A stretch of 64,000 nt of DNA. It comes from Chiloscyllium plagiosum. Lineage: Eukaryota. This document shows, one piece after another, positions 25,555 to 40,560 of the stretch (position 1 is its first letter; the number at the start of each line of letters is the position of its first letter). The notes beneath the pieces were generated by a model. The model was not told the DNA's origin. It did no database searches and saw nothing but the letters and a program-made list of their open reading frames with translations. The stretch is taken from positions 8,492,985 through 8,556,984 of the forward strand of contig NC_057753.1 of the NCBI RefSeq assembly GCF_004010195.1, written 5' to 3'. The position numbers and the translations under genes are program-made.

Positions 25555-26653
25555 TATGGAATATAAAACGTTTCAGCGGAGTACAAGCCCTTCGGCCCTC
25601 GATGTTGCATCGACCTGTGAAACCAATCGGATGCCCATTTTCCCTATACGATCCCATTATCCTCCATATGTTTATCCAATAACCATTTAAAAGCCCTTAG
25701 TTTTGACGAGTCTACGACTGTTGTGCCAAGGTCATTCTACGCCCCTACTACTCCTTGAGTAAAGGACCTACCTCTGACATCTGTCCTATATCTATGATCC
25801 CTCCATTTAAAGGTATGTCTCCGGTGCTAAACAACACAGTCCAAGAAAAAACGCTCTCACTGTTCACCATAACTAATCCACTGATCATGTTTTATGCGTC
25901 TATTAAATCTCCCCTCAACTTCGGTGCCTTTAATGAAAACAGCATCAAGTCACACAGCCCTTCCTCATAAGTCTTTTCCTCCCTATTCTACAGCATACTG
26001 GTAAATCTCTGCTGCACCCTTTCCAACGTCCTTCCGATAACGTGGTGACCAGAACAGTAAGCAATACTCTAAGTGCGGCTACACCAGAGCTTTTTTTTAC
26101 ATCTGCAACATGACCTCATCGCTCTGAAACTCAATCCGTCTACAAGGAAAAGCTAACACAATGTAAGCCTTTTTAACAACCCTGTCAACCTAGGTGGCAA
26201 CTTTCAGGTATCTATGTCCATAGACACAGAGATTTCTCTGTTCATCCACACTAACAAGAACCTTTCTGCTAGGCCAAAAATTCTGTATTCCTGTTACTCC
26301 TACTAAATAAGTCACCTCACACTTTTCCGCATTAAACTCGATTTGCCGATTCTCAGCCCAGCTCTGCAACTTAACTGTATTCCTTTGTAGCCTACAACAT
26401 TCTTCTGCACCATCCACAACTCCGCCGATTTTTACTTCCCATCCTTCTACACACTCATCCAGGTCATTTATAAAATGTGGCCCCAAAACAGATCCTTCCG
26501 TTACACCACTAGTAGCTGCACTCCAGGATGATCATTTCCTATCAATCACCAGCCTCTGTCGTTTTACAGCTATCCAATTTCTGATCCAAACCACTAAATC
26601 ACCTTCAAATTTAACCTCCATAATTTTTGCAAGAGCGTACCATGGTTAACCTT
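25555..26653 (-). mobile_element. CR1 LINE 3' part (split by the L1 insertion)
   Basis: FINDLDECVEG...KIGGVVD...FNAEKCEV. Continues at 32392 on the other side of the L1. Confidence 0.8.
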
Positions 26654-29600
26654 TTTTTAAAATTGGTATTTTTATTGAAAGATAAAAGAGATTTTAAAAC
26701 TTTTTTTACAAAATTACAAAGTAATACAAACAAATATAAGCACTAATATACAATTAAATATATACATGAAAAAAATAAAAACTAAAACACAACAAAACAA
26801 AAAAGAGAAAAAAACTCAGCTAACTACTAATCTATCCTACAAACAACCAAAAAATAAAATATCTTGCATTACTAGTAAGAAATAACGTAATAACTAAATA
26901 ATTAAGTATGTACTCAAAATGGATTAACATCATGTAATGATAAAACCGTATTTATACGAGATTCCTCCCCCAGAGGTCCCCTGGTCCAGCCAGAACCACT
27001 GCTGCAGCCAGACAAAAGCCCTTGACAATATTTGTAATATTTGTGTCTATATAGTTCAGAAAGGGCTGCCATATTTTATGCAATAATTCAGTTTTTCGTT
27101 GCACCATATTTATGAGGAAGTCAAGGGGGATATATTCCATGATTAACCTATGCCAACTCTAATGTCCTGGAGGACCCTCAGCTACCCAATTAACTAAGAT
27201 AGTTTTCCTTGCACAGAAAGAGAGAATGGAGAATAATTTCCTCCCGTGCAAATCCAGGGAGGGCTGATGTGAAAAGCCCAGGAGAAGAGACATTGGATCC
27301 AATCCAATCTCCGTTCCCAAGATTTCTGTCAGAGCATTTGTTATTTTGTCCCAGTATTTGCGGACCTTGTGACATATCCATAAACAGTGTGTGAGAGTGC
27401 CCACTTCTATTTTACATTTAGGACACACTGGGGATGTTTCTACCATAGATTTTGCCAGTCGTTCCGTTGCTATATAAGCCCTGTAATTGAATAGCTTGAG
27501 TTCTATTACAAATAGAGATCTTTGTGGCTACCACATTTCTGAAGGGATTTCTAACCCCAATTCCTGGTTCCATATTTTAAACAGTCAGTCCTTGTCTTTC
27601 GATACCTCGGTCTGTAATGAATGATAAAGAATACTGACTGAGCGTGGACCCATTGACCATTGCACACTTGTCTCTCTATCTGAATTGTAGGGACTGTCTA
27701 ATAATGTGGTCTCTTCTGTATATAATGTTGTATTTGGAAATACCGAAAAAGGTCTCCGTTGGACAGTCCAAATTTCTGGTGCAGCTGGTCAAAAGACATC
27801 ATAACCTCCCCATCGAAGAGGTCCCCTAAGCAAGATATATATCTGGACCTCCAGGTTTTAAATGTAGCATCTGTCTGCCCTGGCTGAAAACCCCATGTTC
27901 CAACTATCTGAGTATAAGGAGCCGTTTTCGTAAGTTACCCTCATGTTGCCACATTTTCCTCCAGCCTTTAATTGTATTTAATACAATAGGGTTTTTACAA
28001 TAGTCCATAATAACTCTCATCTTATCTAAAAATAAAAGATTGTTGAGGGGACACTTTGCTTGGAGGTCTCGATGTCAAATCAAATTGATTATGGGTCACA
28101 AGAGACACAATCAGCTACATGTCCGAATAGAGAACTCAACTGATACCTTCTAAAGTCTGGAACTTTCCTTTCTTGTGGAAGCTACAGCCTCTCTAATTTG
28201 ATAAGGAGCCATCTATGATTCCAAATAAAGGAACCAAGTCAGCCGTGTCGTTTATATAACGTCAGTCTCGGCAACATCAAAGGGAACATTCTCATAGGAT
28301 ATCAGAGACGAGGCAGAATATTCATTTTAACTAGATCTACTCTGCCTAACCAGGATATTGGGAGATCTCCACAGCGTTGAAGATGCTCCCTTATTTTCTC
28401 CAGTAGGTATATAAAATTGGCTTTATACAGCTGACCAAATACTGGGGTGGTAAAAATACCTAAGTATTGAAAGCCCTCCAGTGACCACCGAAAGGGAAAA
28501 CAAGATCTGTCCGATAAATTGGATATACTAGCGAGATCACCCAACAGCATGGTCTCCAATTTCATAAATTTGATTTTGTAGACTGAGAACATACTAAATA
28601 GATTAATTACTTGAATTAAGCGGGGTACGAATATCAAAGGATTACGTAAGAACAGGAGGACATCATCAGCACAGAGAGTGATTTTATGTTTACCTGAACC
28701 AACCCTTGGAACCACTATGTTAGAGTCGGTTCGCATAGCTTCTGCTAGTGGTTCAATTATTAGCGTGAATAATAACGGTGAGGGAGGACATCCTTGACGA
28801 CAGCCCCTAACCAAGCTGAAGCTATCCAAACCTAAATCTTTGGGGTCATTATACAATATTGAGACCCATTTAGAAAATACCTCTCCATCACCTAACCTTT
28901 CCACTGTGTAAAAAAAGATATGACCATTCAACCCGGTCAAATGTCTTCTCTGCATCCAGGAGACAACTATCCCCGATATTCCTTCCTATTGACCGGCTTT
29001 TATCGTATTTAAGACCCTTCTAATGGTGTTAGATGATCTACATCCCTTGATAAACCCCGTCTGGTCCACTTTTATCATATATGATAAGACCATCTCCAAT
29101 CTTAATGCTAACGTTTTAAAAACGATTTAAAAATCTACATTTAGCTAGGATATTGGTCTGTATAATGAGCAATCTTCTGGGGCTTTTCCTTTTTTAAGAA
29201 TGAGAGAAATATTTGTTTCTCTCAATGAAGGCGTGAGGCAGCCCTGACTATGTGAGTAATTATACATGTCTATAAGTGGACCAGCCAGTTCCCCTATGAA
29301 TTCTTTGTAAAAGTCAACCTGGAATCCGTTTGGTCCATGTGCTTTGCCACTCTGAAGCTGTCTAATTGCGTCGAGTACTTCCTGGGTTACCAGAGGCGCA
29401 TTCAGAGTCGACACCTGCTCCGAGGTTAAATCTGGAAAGACCAAGTTTTTGAAGAATGGCTCCATCTTCCTAATTCTATCCTCACAGTCCGGCGATTTAA
29501 ACAGTTCAAAATAGAACTTTGTAAAGGCTGTCAGAGTACCAGCACTTTCCCTAATGGCCATAATAGTTTGAGGATCATTTTCTTTACCTAACAAGATACG

Positions 29601-32391
29601 CCAGGTTCTGCCAGGCTTGTCGCCATATTCATAAAGTCTTTGCTTTGCAAATAATAGTTCCCTCTTTGCTGTTTGGGAAAGTGCGGTATTCAAGGCTGGC
29701 CTAAGGGCTGTGATCCTTTTGTAGAATGGTAATAGAGGGCCTATCAACATATGGTGTATCAGCTGCCTTCAAGCGCGCCTCGAGTAAGCGCTGTTGTTCT
29801 CCCTTTTGTCTTTTCTGGGTCGCAGAACATGAGATGATCAAACCTCATGCATAAACCTTAAAAGTCTCCTACATCGTCGACAGGTTACTGGCCGTACCTG
29901 AATTAATTTCCAAAAAAGTTTTGTGGTCTTGAGAAAAAATATTTCATAAATTTGCTATCTTTTGTTAAAAAGAAATCCATACGCCAATGTCGGGGGCCTG
30001 TCCCGTCGCCCCTAGTCTTAACTTCCATACATACCGCAACATGATCAGAAATTACTATGTTACCTATTTTGCAGGATAATATAGAATTCAAATGGTCGAG
30101 GGAGCAAAAAAATCATATCAATTTTAGTATGACATTCGTATGGGTTAGAGTAGAAAGTAACGTCTCTGCCCTGGGGGTGAAGACACCTCCACATATCTAC
30201 TACTGTACTACTAGCCCTGGCTCCTTACTCAGATCCGCCAATTGTCTGGATCTGAGAAATATACCCATAGTACTCTTGGGTATCCTATCTGTCTCTGAGT
30301 CCATAATACAATTAAAATCTCCTCTTATAATTGATGGCCCCAAAAGCCATCAACATGGAGGACGCTTCTGAAACAAATTTGAAGGGGTGTGCCAGGGGGC
30401 AATAAAGATTCAAAATGCCATACTCCTAACCATTTATCAGGGCCTTGATCAGTATATACTATCCATAATCATCTTTTATCTAGATTAAGATTTTAAAAGG
30501 AAGATTCTTCCAAATGAGAATGACTACTCCCCTACTTTTTGATCTAAAGGATGAGAAAGAAGCCTGGTCATATCCAGCCTCTTGTAATTTTAAGAGCTGT
30601 TTGTCAAGTAGATCTGTCTCCTGTTATAGAGCTATATCAACCCTTTCTTTTTTAAGGTTGATAGTACCTCCTTCCTTTTGATTGGTGAATTACTACCCTT
30701 GACATTCCAGGTGCACCACCTAAGCGAATAGCTCGCCATGATCGTCCAGGCAAGCCCGAGACCCCCCAAGAGGAAGAACCCCACCCAAAATGCCCTGAGT
30801 AAAGACCATGAATAATTCACAAAAGCAAATATTCTTTAAGATATTTAAACCAATACAATTAAAACTATTCCTAAGTAAAAAAAAATACAAAACATATTTG
30901 AAAGTAGATTTTCCCCCTTGCTCTCAGAGGGCGTAACTACCTATCAATAACCCCACCATAACCTCTCCTAACTAGTGCCCCACCATCGACCCAGGCATTA
31001 TGAAATGGATTAGACAAATTCAAGTGTTCTTTAAATCCATAGTTAAAAGTGAGTGTCCAACGCCACCCCCCACACACACCAACCCCTCGGTGAATATATA
31101 AAACTACAAAGTTACAATCGTATCGTTTATTAGAAAACTAAGTAAGCTGAAAGAAGAAGAGAATCCCGTTCTAAAAAAAAAGTAGGACAAAACAAACCCC
31201 CTCCGACATAAACCAAATAAGCCATACGGCCTGTAAAAAAAAGAAATCACATAATGAATAACAAATAGGCCCCCTCCCTGTCCCTCGGAGAAGTAATGAA
31301 CAAAAAAGGTATGGAGAAGGAAAGAAGGGGTAAACTGCGAGGGGAAGGGGGCGTAAAGCAAAATCGTTATCCATACGATTTAAATCTTACAGTCTATTTA
31401 AGAGAATACAAAAAATTCTTTAGCAATCTCCACTGATCCAAAGTTTTAATAGGATCCTTCGTGGCTGAAGTGCAGGGTTGCTGCGTAATGCAAGGGATAT
31501 TGGATATTTAGGTCTCTTAGGCGCTTCTTCGCCTCATCGAATGCCCTCCACTTGTGGGCCATGGTTGGAGATAAATCCTGGAAGAACATAATCCTGGAAC
31601 CCTTGTGAATCATGGACTGGGGATCCTTCCACAGGACTCTGGAGGCTTCCAGGTGCATCTGTTTCTCTTTACAGCTTTGGAGCCAGTACAGAACCGGGCG
31701 GGGGCGCTGGTCCGGCCTGGGCGTATGTATAACAACCCGGTGGGCCCACCCCACCTGTACCTGCCCTCTTCTGGACTCCAACTTTAATATTTGAGGGAGC
31801 CATTGCTCCAAAAAAACTGCAAGCTGGCCTTTCTCTTCCTGCTCAGGAAGGCCCAGCAACGAAATAATTTTTCCATGACCCGATTATCGAGGTCATCGAT
31901 GTGCTCTTCCAAGGTCCGGACTCGCTGCTCGAGAGGCCGCACCCGGCCAAGACCGACGCGGCAGTAGTTTCCGAGGTCGTGGCCTTTTGCTCCACCCCTC
32001 CAACGCTTCTGCAGCACGACCGAGAATGACTCCCACCTGGTCCTGGATTCTTCGATGAAGGCGTCGATCCTGTCCTGCAGCTTGTTGATCACAGAGATCA
32101 GGCTCGCCTCTGCGGGTAAGTCCCCTGAGGCGGCCGAGGACGTCTCTGCTGCTGCTGGAAGGGGTGGTGGAGGGGTCCCTGCCTATTGCGAACTTCGGGA
32201 ACTTTTGCCCTTAGTCATTTTAAGAACAACACCAAACTAGTCAAGTTTGATGGAAAATGACTAAGCATGCTGGGAAAAGCTATTTTGAATGAATTAAAAG
32301 GTGTGGCTAAGGCGGGTGCGCCACTTTGCCATAGTTTTAGGCAGAGCACGACAGACTCAGACTTGCTGGGTCGCCACCATCTTGAATCTCC
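26654..32391 (-). mobile_element. Full-length (~5.7 kb) decayed L1-clade LINE (ORF1 + EN-RT-CCHC ORF2) with 15-bp TSD
   Basis: 5' end GAGATTCAAGATGGTGGCG. ORF1 from ATG 32218 (IDDLDNR, GLPEQEE, WAHRV, RPRPV, FFQDLS). ORF2 from ATG 30739 (CTWNVKG, ISDH, KAHGPNGF, RGCRQGCPPSPLLF, LCADDVLL, CPKC..THCLWIC). AATAAA and A-tail at ~26654-26676. TSD accatggttaacctt (26639-26653) / accatggttaaactt (32392-32406). Confidence 0.9.
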
Positions 32392-34030
32392 ACCATGGTT
32401 AAACTTATCAAACGCTTTACCGCAATCGGGATGCACCAGGTCAACCATTTTATCTTCATTCCCTGTTTGGTCATCTTCTAAAAGAACTCAATAAGATGTG
32501 TGACGCACGAACTATTCTTCACAAAATCATGCTAACAATCCGTAGTCAAATCATTTCTTTCCAGATCATTATAAATACTAGTTCTCATGATCATTTAAAA
32601 AGCTTTGTCCACAAGAAAGGTCAGGCTCACTGGGTGATAATAACTAGGTTTGTTTCCATTCCCCTTCTTGAACAAGGGGACAACATTTACTGTCCTCCAG
32701 CCCTCTGGCATTATTCTTGTAGACAATGACGATATAAAGATGAAAGTCAAAGGCTCTGCAATCTACTGCTTAGCTTCCCAGAGCATTCTAGGATAAATGT
32801 TGTCTGGCCCAGGGAACTTATCTATTTTAACATTTTACAGAATTGCTGACATCTCCAGCTCATGAACCTCAATCCCGTCGAATCTAATAGCCTGTATCTC
32901 AGTATTCTTCTCAACGACGTTGTCTTTTTTTCCTGAGTGAATACTGATGATAAAGATTCATTTAGCTCTTCTCCCATTTCTTCGAACTCCCAACTCACCT
33001 TCGCCCTATTTTTCTTGACTGGCCCTATTAATCGAGCCATTTCTTTTTTCCTGACATACCTACAGAAAGCTTTAAGGCTTTACTTGATCCTATTAGCCAA
33101 AGACTTCTCAAGTCCCATCCTGGCTCTTCTTAACTCTCGCTTTACGTTCTTCCCGACTAACTTGTAACTTTCATGCGCCCTAACTGAACCTTCACGCCTC
33201 ATCTTTACATAAGCCTGCTTCTGCCTCTTGACAAGAGATTCAACGTTTTTCGTCAACCACAGTTCCCACGCTCGACCACGTCCTCCCCATCTTACAGGTA
33301 CGTATTTATGAAGTACAGCTTTGAACAAGCTGCACGTTCCAATTGTGCCTTTCCCCTGCAGTTTCATTCCCCACCGTCTGCATCTTAGTCTTGCTTAATC
33401 GATTCATAATTGCCTGCTCTCCAGCTATAACGCCATCCTGTGGTATATGCCTGTCCCTTTCCGTCATTAAAGTAAACGTCACCAAACTGTGATCACCACT
33501 ACCAAAGTGCTCACCTACCTCCAAATCTAACACACTCAGCCGGGACAAAATCCAAAGTGGCCTCGCCTCTTATTGGCCTTTCTCATCCTGTGTCAAGTAA
33601 CCCTCCTGCGCACATTGGACAGAAACTGACCCATCTAAAGTGATCGGACTATCGTGTTTCCAGTCAATATTTGGAAAGTTGAAGTCCCCAATGACAACTG
33701 CCGAGTTACTTTCGCTTCTATCCAGAATCATCTTTGCAATCCTTTCCTCAGCTTCTGTGAAACTTTCCGGAGGTCGATAGAAAGCTCTCAATGAGGTGAC
33801 CTTCCCTTTCATGTTTCTAACCTTAGCCCAAACTACCTGGATAGACAAATCATCATCAAACGTCCTATCTGCCACCGTAATACTGTCCTTTTGTTGAACA
33901 ATATCTCACCTACCCCTTTTTTACAACCTTCCCTGATCTTACTGAAACGTCCAAACTCTCAAACCGACCACAACCGTTTCTCTCCCTACTCTGTCCATGT
34001 CTCTGAAATGTCCGCAAAATCGAAGTCCCA
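32392..34030 (-). mobile_element. CR1 LINE 5' part (EN and early RT), continuation of 25555-26653
   Basis: FYRPPES, VIGDFNFPNIDW, GEHFGSGDH, VDLVHPDCGKAFDK running up to the L1 TSD. Confidence 0.82.
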
Positions 34031-34404
34031 GATGAAAAATAAAATGGAAGAATCTCATTCAGAGCTGACAACATGAACAGCAGTGACAATTGAAATCTTA
34101 CCCATGGATGAATAGAAAACATCCCAAGTAACACTTGTATTATTTGCCAAGACATCGGTGCAATGCAGCAGTATGTAAGCAGCTGGGGAGGAAGCATTCA
34201 ACGTGCCATGTTGCTTTGTGAATTTGGATGGTTTGTCTTATCCACTTGAGATATTACAAATGCTTAAATCCTTCTGTGAGCAAAATAGTGCAAAATGATT
34301 TAGTTCCGAGGGAAGGAGGCAAGAAAAGGATAAAAATAAATTCAATGCATTGAGCTTAATTTGAGGAGATAGTACGCCAGGAAAAGACCTATGGAAGCTG
34401 AATA

Positions 34405-34732
34405 TAGATTAAATTAGAATGCCTACTGTGTGGAAACAGGCGCTTCGGAAATAAGTCCACACCGATCCTCCGAACAGCAACCCATCCAGAACCATTCCCC
34501 TACATTTACCCCTGACTAAGGCACCTAACACTACGGGCAATTTAGAATGGACAATTAACCGAACCTGCACATCCTTGGACTGTGGGAGGAAACCACAGAA
34601 CCCGGAGGAAACCCACGCAGACACGGGGAAAATGTGCAAACTCCACACAGGCAGTTGCCCGAGATAGGATTTGGTCACGGATCCCTGGTGCTGTGAGGCA
34701 ACAGTGCTAGCCACTGAGCCACAGTGCCGCCC
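34405..34732 (-). mobile_element. HE1-type SINE
   Basis: Reverse complement of the same consensus as 24048. Confidence 0.85.
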
Positions 34733-34899
34733 GAAATATATTTTCTGAAATTCCTCTGAAAATTAATTATCAAGTAAAAATTGTAAAACAGAAGCAAACA
34801 GAAATCTGAGGTTAAGGTTTGAATGTTTTCAGTACCAACTCAGTTAAATAAAGTGAAGATTCAGATCAGGTATGATGTCACGAAATCACAGAGAACATG

Positions 34900-35058
34900 T
34901 CGGCACGGTGGCTCAATGGTTAGCACTGCTACCTCACAGCGAATTTGTGCATTAGTCAGAGGGAAATCGGTCTGGATGGGTTACTCTTCGGAGGGTCGGT
35001 GTGGACTTATTGGGCCGAAGGGCCTGTTCCCACGCTGTAGGGAATCTAATCTAATCTA
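34900..35058 (+). mobile_element. HE1-type SINE, internally deleted
   Basis: 5' tRNA part joined directly to the 3' part, with a (TCTAA)n tail. Confidence 0.75.
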
Positions 35059-36174
35059 TAACTTCTGCATTTTTCCTTCATTTAAATAATGTTAAGGGAG
35101 CACAACAGTTACTTATGAACGTGCTTAAGTAGGCGTTATGTTCTGGACCTCCTTCGTGTCTTCACTTCGTTTCAGACCATTCCAAAAACCAAAGGTTTTG
35201 TGCAGTTCTTTGGAAACCGTTGTCAGCTATACTTTTAAGCAAAGTTATCACGATTCTTTCCCTTAATCTTGCGGAGAAATACGCATTAGTGGCTAGGCTT
35301 TGGTGCAATACCAGCGCGGCTCACTTCGAATTCTTCTTTTTCCTACCAAGGCATAACTTGTTGTGAAGAGATGTTTATCAGTATAACGGTGTTTCTCGAT
35401 TATACATCTTCCCTGTTACAGACAGTCTTGATGACAGTTTCAAATCAAAACAGCATTTTATGGAGATGTTGTGATTACTATTTGTATAAATGTGCTGCTT
35501 TCCAGAATGAGCAGTAAAACACAACAAGTTTATCATTAAACCAACAATAGCCTTCCTGGATATACTTCATTGAGATCAATGTTTTTTTTATCCTTATCAT
35601 TTAAGACTCCAGTGATGATCGCCCAACTTTATATTTACTTCTCTCAGGAGGTTCTAACTATACTTATTAAATCACGATGAAGTTGAACAAGTTATCTGAG
35701 TGTTAATGACTCTTACTGCTTGCTAAATGGTAACTGATATCAATCAGGTTTAACCTTCTAAGATAAATGCTGAGCCATTCATTATGAAGGCATAGGATCA
35801 ATCTAATCCCACCCCTGCAGACGCATCACCCTCCAGTGAATCCAGTTCCCACTGCTGCAGATACAACACGTCCCGTGAGTCTATTTCCATCCTTCAAATG
35901 GAGATGTAGCCCTTCAAGCCTTCCAAGTTTACTTCTCTTCTGAACAACTCCCTGACTCTAAGTGAACCGACATGCGCATACAAATGCCAAAATAAAGGAA
36001 AGAGAAAACTTTCAAATTCTCACTTTACTTAATATAGCCGAGAATATTACAAATAATCTTCGTAGAGCCTTAAAGAAACGAAAGGTGTATTGACTGTATG
36101 TGTTCAATGCGATAGTTTTATTTCCATTCCTTTATTTTCTGCAGAGTTTGGAAGGAAACACAAAATACTTGATT

Positions 36175-36700
36175 AGATTAGATCACCACACGACCAGAAA
36201 GATGTGGATGCTTTGTCCAGGTTATACAAAATGTTGACCAGGACTTTCCTGCTTTGGAGGATGATAGCTATGAAGAAAGGTTGAATACACTGGGTTTGTT
36301 TTCGCTGGAGCGCGAGAGACTGAGAAAGTGACATGATAGCAATTTATAAATTGTGAATGTCATTGATGGAGAGTAAGCTTTTCTGAGCATTGAAATGTCA
36401 ATTGCTAGGATACACAGGTGAGTCGGTTGGGGTGGAGGGAGTTGAAGGAGATGCGTGAGGCAAGATATCCACAGAAAAGCTGGCGAGTCTTGAAACACGA
36501 TGCTGGGCGAGGTGTTGGAAGCAGACTCAATTGCTGCTTTCAACAAACACCTGGATGAATAATTGAACAGGAAACGAACAGAAGGATACCCATCTTGTAA
36601 GTGAAAGCAGTTTTAGTACAGGAGGTCAAAATGTGTCAGCGCTGGCTTGGAGGGCTCAATGGTCTGTCGGTGTGCTTTGTTGTTCTTTGTTCTTGTATTC
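36175..36700 (+). mobile_element. Old CR1 3' fragment
   Basis: Degenerate KDVDAL...SYEERL..LGLFSLE and a ttgttctttgttct tail. Confidence 0.65.
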
Positions 36701-39700
36701 AAACTGACAAGCCCTAATGAATGTTATGTATTTCCATACGGAGCGGAGTCTATGTTTAGCAGCTCAGTATTTCAGAGCGTCTAAATGCTCAGGAGCAGAC
36801 AGATGTACGATTTGTTCGTGGTCATATGTAATGCTTTCATCTCTGATGTGAAGTCAATCTGACAAGGCTGCTGTGTTCTTGCTGTTTTCACGATGAGGAA
36901 TTCTGGTCAGTGTAATACTTTGCACCAGCAGAATGAATCCTCTGTCCTTGGCCAGAAAGCAAACCCTGGCAATGACAGTGTGAGTTCCAAATCCTAATCA
37001 TTAGATTATCTTAGAGAACACGAGACCAGTTGACATTTTTCCTAATTACGTATATTTTCGCTTCTCTCATTTCAATTTATTTTCACTAGTAAACTGATCA
37101 ATCTATCGGACTTTTAAAGTATGCAAACACGCCCTTCAGACCACCTTGTCAGCGCGGATCATCAAACCCCGAATCATCTCATGTTTCCATCACTTTCAGC
37201 GATTCTACATAATATGTGAGAAACGTGAAATGACCTCGTTTGGTTTCAAACACTCCTTCGGTCCCTGAATGTCGTGCGGAATGGTGATTCTCTTGGCGAA
37301 CTATAATGAGATACTGGAAATAAGATTCTCAATGTCAAAGTATAAAAGTCAGATTTTCCAATTAAGGAGTCAAGGGAGAGACAAGAATCTTGCTGGTAAG
37401 TGGTGAGACACCTATTTGCATCCACGTATACCTCATTATTCTCTATTCTCACCTGATTAATTTGGAATTTCATTATATCCCATGCGGCACAGAGAAATGT
37501 TATGCTCGTAGCGACTTCCAACATGGACGTCTGAGTGGGTATTTGACCTCTCCAGCTTGTGGCTGCGGGTCTCCATCTCGGCAGCATTTCACAACATTTC
37601 AGGACATGCTCCATGGGCAGCAAATACCAACATTTTTCATCATCTGACGTCAACATCAAAAACGTACCACTCTCACTATCACGTCACGATACATCCCTGA
37701 TGCATTACGAGTACAGTTCAACACTTCGCTTTTAAGACTATCGAAAGAGCTGTGAAGAAATATGTGGAAGCTGAGAAGTAAAGATTGCGAGAAATAAAGA
37801 AATAATGACGGTTTGGGGAATCACCTCGCGTTAAAGGCTGAGCCTGTGATTGAACTGCGGAAACGGCTGTAGAAACAACTGTAGAACACACAGGGTGGAC
37901 AGAGTAGTTATTTTTCTTTCCTGTCCGAGGGCACCAGTTATTGGTAAGCGATGCGAAACCCTTCTTGTGCAAATTGTGCTAATTAGGCACTTACATAGAA
38001 CATACTAAAGACATATATAATCATAGAATCCTGCATGTGAAAACAATGCAGTGAATGCCGTGAATGACACAAATCTTGGCCACAAAACATCTTTACCGTA
38101 TCCTTAATCATTCCGTATTGTTCACAGTCACCTCTGTGATGCAAAATTAATTTTAAGTCATCTTAAAAATGGCATCTGCAGAGGTCAATGCTTTCTGCGA
38201 AACAATAGATTGAAAACTTATCAGGAGTGTTCGACATCATAAACCAATCAGCCATGATCTTACTGAATGACAAAGCAGACTCGAGGGGCTTAATTTGATT
38301 ACTTGTCTGAATTCCTGTGCTTGTCGGTGGGAAGTGAGTAACTCGCATTCTGGTTCTGTTTAGCAGCAATGGATATCACCTACTGGATGCAACACAGCAA
38401 TTGACAAAGGCTACATGTGCAGCACGTTCCTAACACATGTCTTTGACCACCTGGAAGACAAGTGCATCACTTCCTCCACAGGAGGGAATAATTTTGATAT
38501 CTCTATAATTAACACATCCGACAGATTTTAGCAAATTCCTTTTAATTCAGAGCAGTATTAATTTGCCTTTACATTATACGAACAATAGTGCTGCTGGTAT
38601 GGTCTACAACAAGTCTTTCAAATTTCCCTCCAGGTTTTTCACCAACAGATGGTTACCATTATAATTCAGCTGAAACAACCTGAGAGTTTAAAATGGAATT
38701 TGGCTGATTAGTTGCTGTGGACACAAGCTGGAAATGCTCGCCAGGGTACTGGGAGAACTGTAACAAAATTTCATACACAATTCCTACACGAACTGGCAGG
38801 GGAGAAATAGGAACGATTACTCGCCTGGTTGAGGGACTACAGAACCAAAGGGAAAATCCTTGAACAAGTGCTCAGCCATTTACGACGGAGACAAGGAAGA
38901 ATTACCTCATTCAAACTGTAATAAATCTGTGAAAATTTCCGCCAATATAAAAGTCATAGATTTCAGGGACAATCTATTTTTTCAGGCCTAAACGCCAGGT
39001 GTTGTGTGGCTAATACTGATGACAATAAAATCAGAGCAGGGCAGAATTTCTGTCAAGTGGTCGAGACTGTAGCTTCAAAAGTGGCTCAGTGCTCATCCCA
39101 AGGACAGAAGATCGTCAGATCCCGGCTTATCCTCGCGATGCATTGAGGACAGGCTCAGGAAAACGCAGGCAGATTATATCCTATTCACTACATCTTCGAG
39201 CATCATTGACACAATCCCCGAAGAGGAGACTCAGGAATAAACGTCTCACCAACATCCCAATTTTTTTTCCGGCAGAAGTGCTTCAATTCAAGGAAAAATG
39301 TAATTGTAGTGATTCTGAAAGTAGGTTTCATGGGATTTGTGCCAGTGAGTGACTTGTTTAGCGTTGTTTTTCTTCAGTTCTGTATATCATTTTGTGTTGG
39401 ACATTGATGAGAATCTAATTACGGAGTGTGAGCAGTAAGCAGATTAATACGCAATACTGTTTGGTTCTGTAGTCCTTGCTGAGTGGCTAAAGTGATGGAT
39501 TAAGAAATTTATTCTGATTTCGCCCTACAGCTCCAAGCCTTGCTGACAGTACTTGGAATGGAGTTGGTGGAGAGTGGATTTTCCTCATGGTAACAAGGCG
39601 ATTTTTTTTCATTCAAAAGGAGTTGGGATTCTGAATCTCACACTCTGCAAGTGTTGTAGAGTCGAAAATCTTCACATGAATAAAGAAGGATTTCGATTAA

Positions 39701-40269
39701 TGTTTGCGATGCAAAGTTAGGCAAGGCTGTGTGCCAACTGCTGGAAAGTTAGATTGGCGAAGTCAGGTAGAGACACAGAGTAAATCTTACTTTATGATGA
39801 CACTTTCTCAGAAATCACCTGGAAGGTTTTCTGGCGTTCGCTGCTTTCCAGCGCCCACAGTTCTTTGTCTGTTTTGTTTTGTTGATTATACTAATCGGGT
39901 GTTTGTTTCTGACCACAGCAGACTCAATAGGCCAAAGGGACATTTCTATGCTATAAACCTCTGATAACCAGCAGCAATGAGCTGCCAAATTATTTGGTAT
40001 TGTGACAGGAACAGCGAAGGTGCCAAATGCTTCATTTCTTTCCTTTAGCTGGACTGTGGTTAATAAGAAAGAACATCACATTCTGTATGGAGCCTGCAGA
40101 TGTAACCAAGAGGTGAAAGTAATATATCTGTCAGGCAGGTTCAAATCCTTTATCCCTGACCGTTTCTAACTCGAACTGGGCGTTTGCAGAAATAATTGTC
40201 AACATCAAAAGAAAAAAATCGTCTAAACGTCCTAAATTCTTGTATGTGCGTTGAATAATCAGTGCTTAG

Positions 40270-40560
40270 TGGGTGGCACGGTTAGCACTACTGCCTCACA
40301 ACGCCAGAGACCTGGGTTCAATTCCCGCCTCAGGTGACTGACTGTGTGGAGTTTGCATATTCTCCCTTTGTCTGCGTGGGTTTCCTCCCGGTGCTCTGGT
40401 TTCCTCCCACAGTCCAGAAAACAGTGCGAGTTAGATGAATTGGCCATGTTAAATTGCCCGTAGTGTTAGGGGAATGGGTCTGGGTGGGTTGCGCTTCGGC
40501 CGGTCGGTGTGGACATGTTGGGCTGAAGGGCCTGTTTCCACACTGTAAGTAATCTAAACT
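40270..40560 (+). mobile_element. HE1-type SINE
   Basis: B box GGTTCAATTCC, conserved core and CR1-like tail. Confidence 0.85.

Noticed and set aside
37246..37972. 137-aa and neighbouring ORFs in a CpG-containing unique stretch
   Set aside because: No motif recognised; only weak, unconvincing resemblance to TE proteins.
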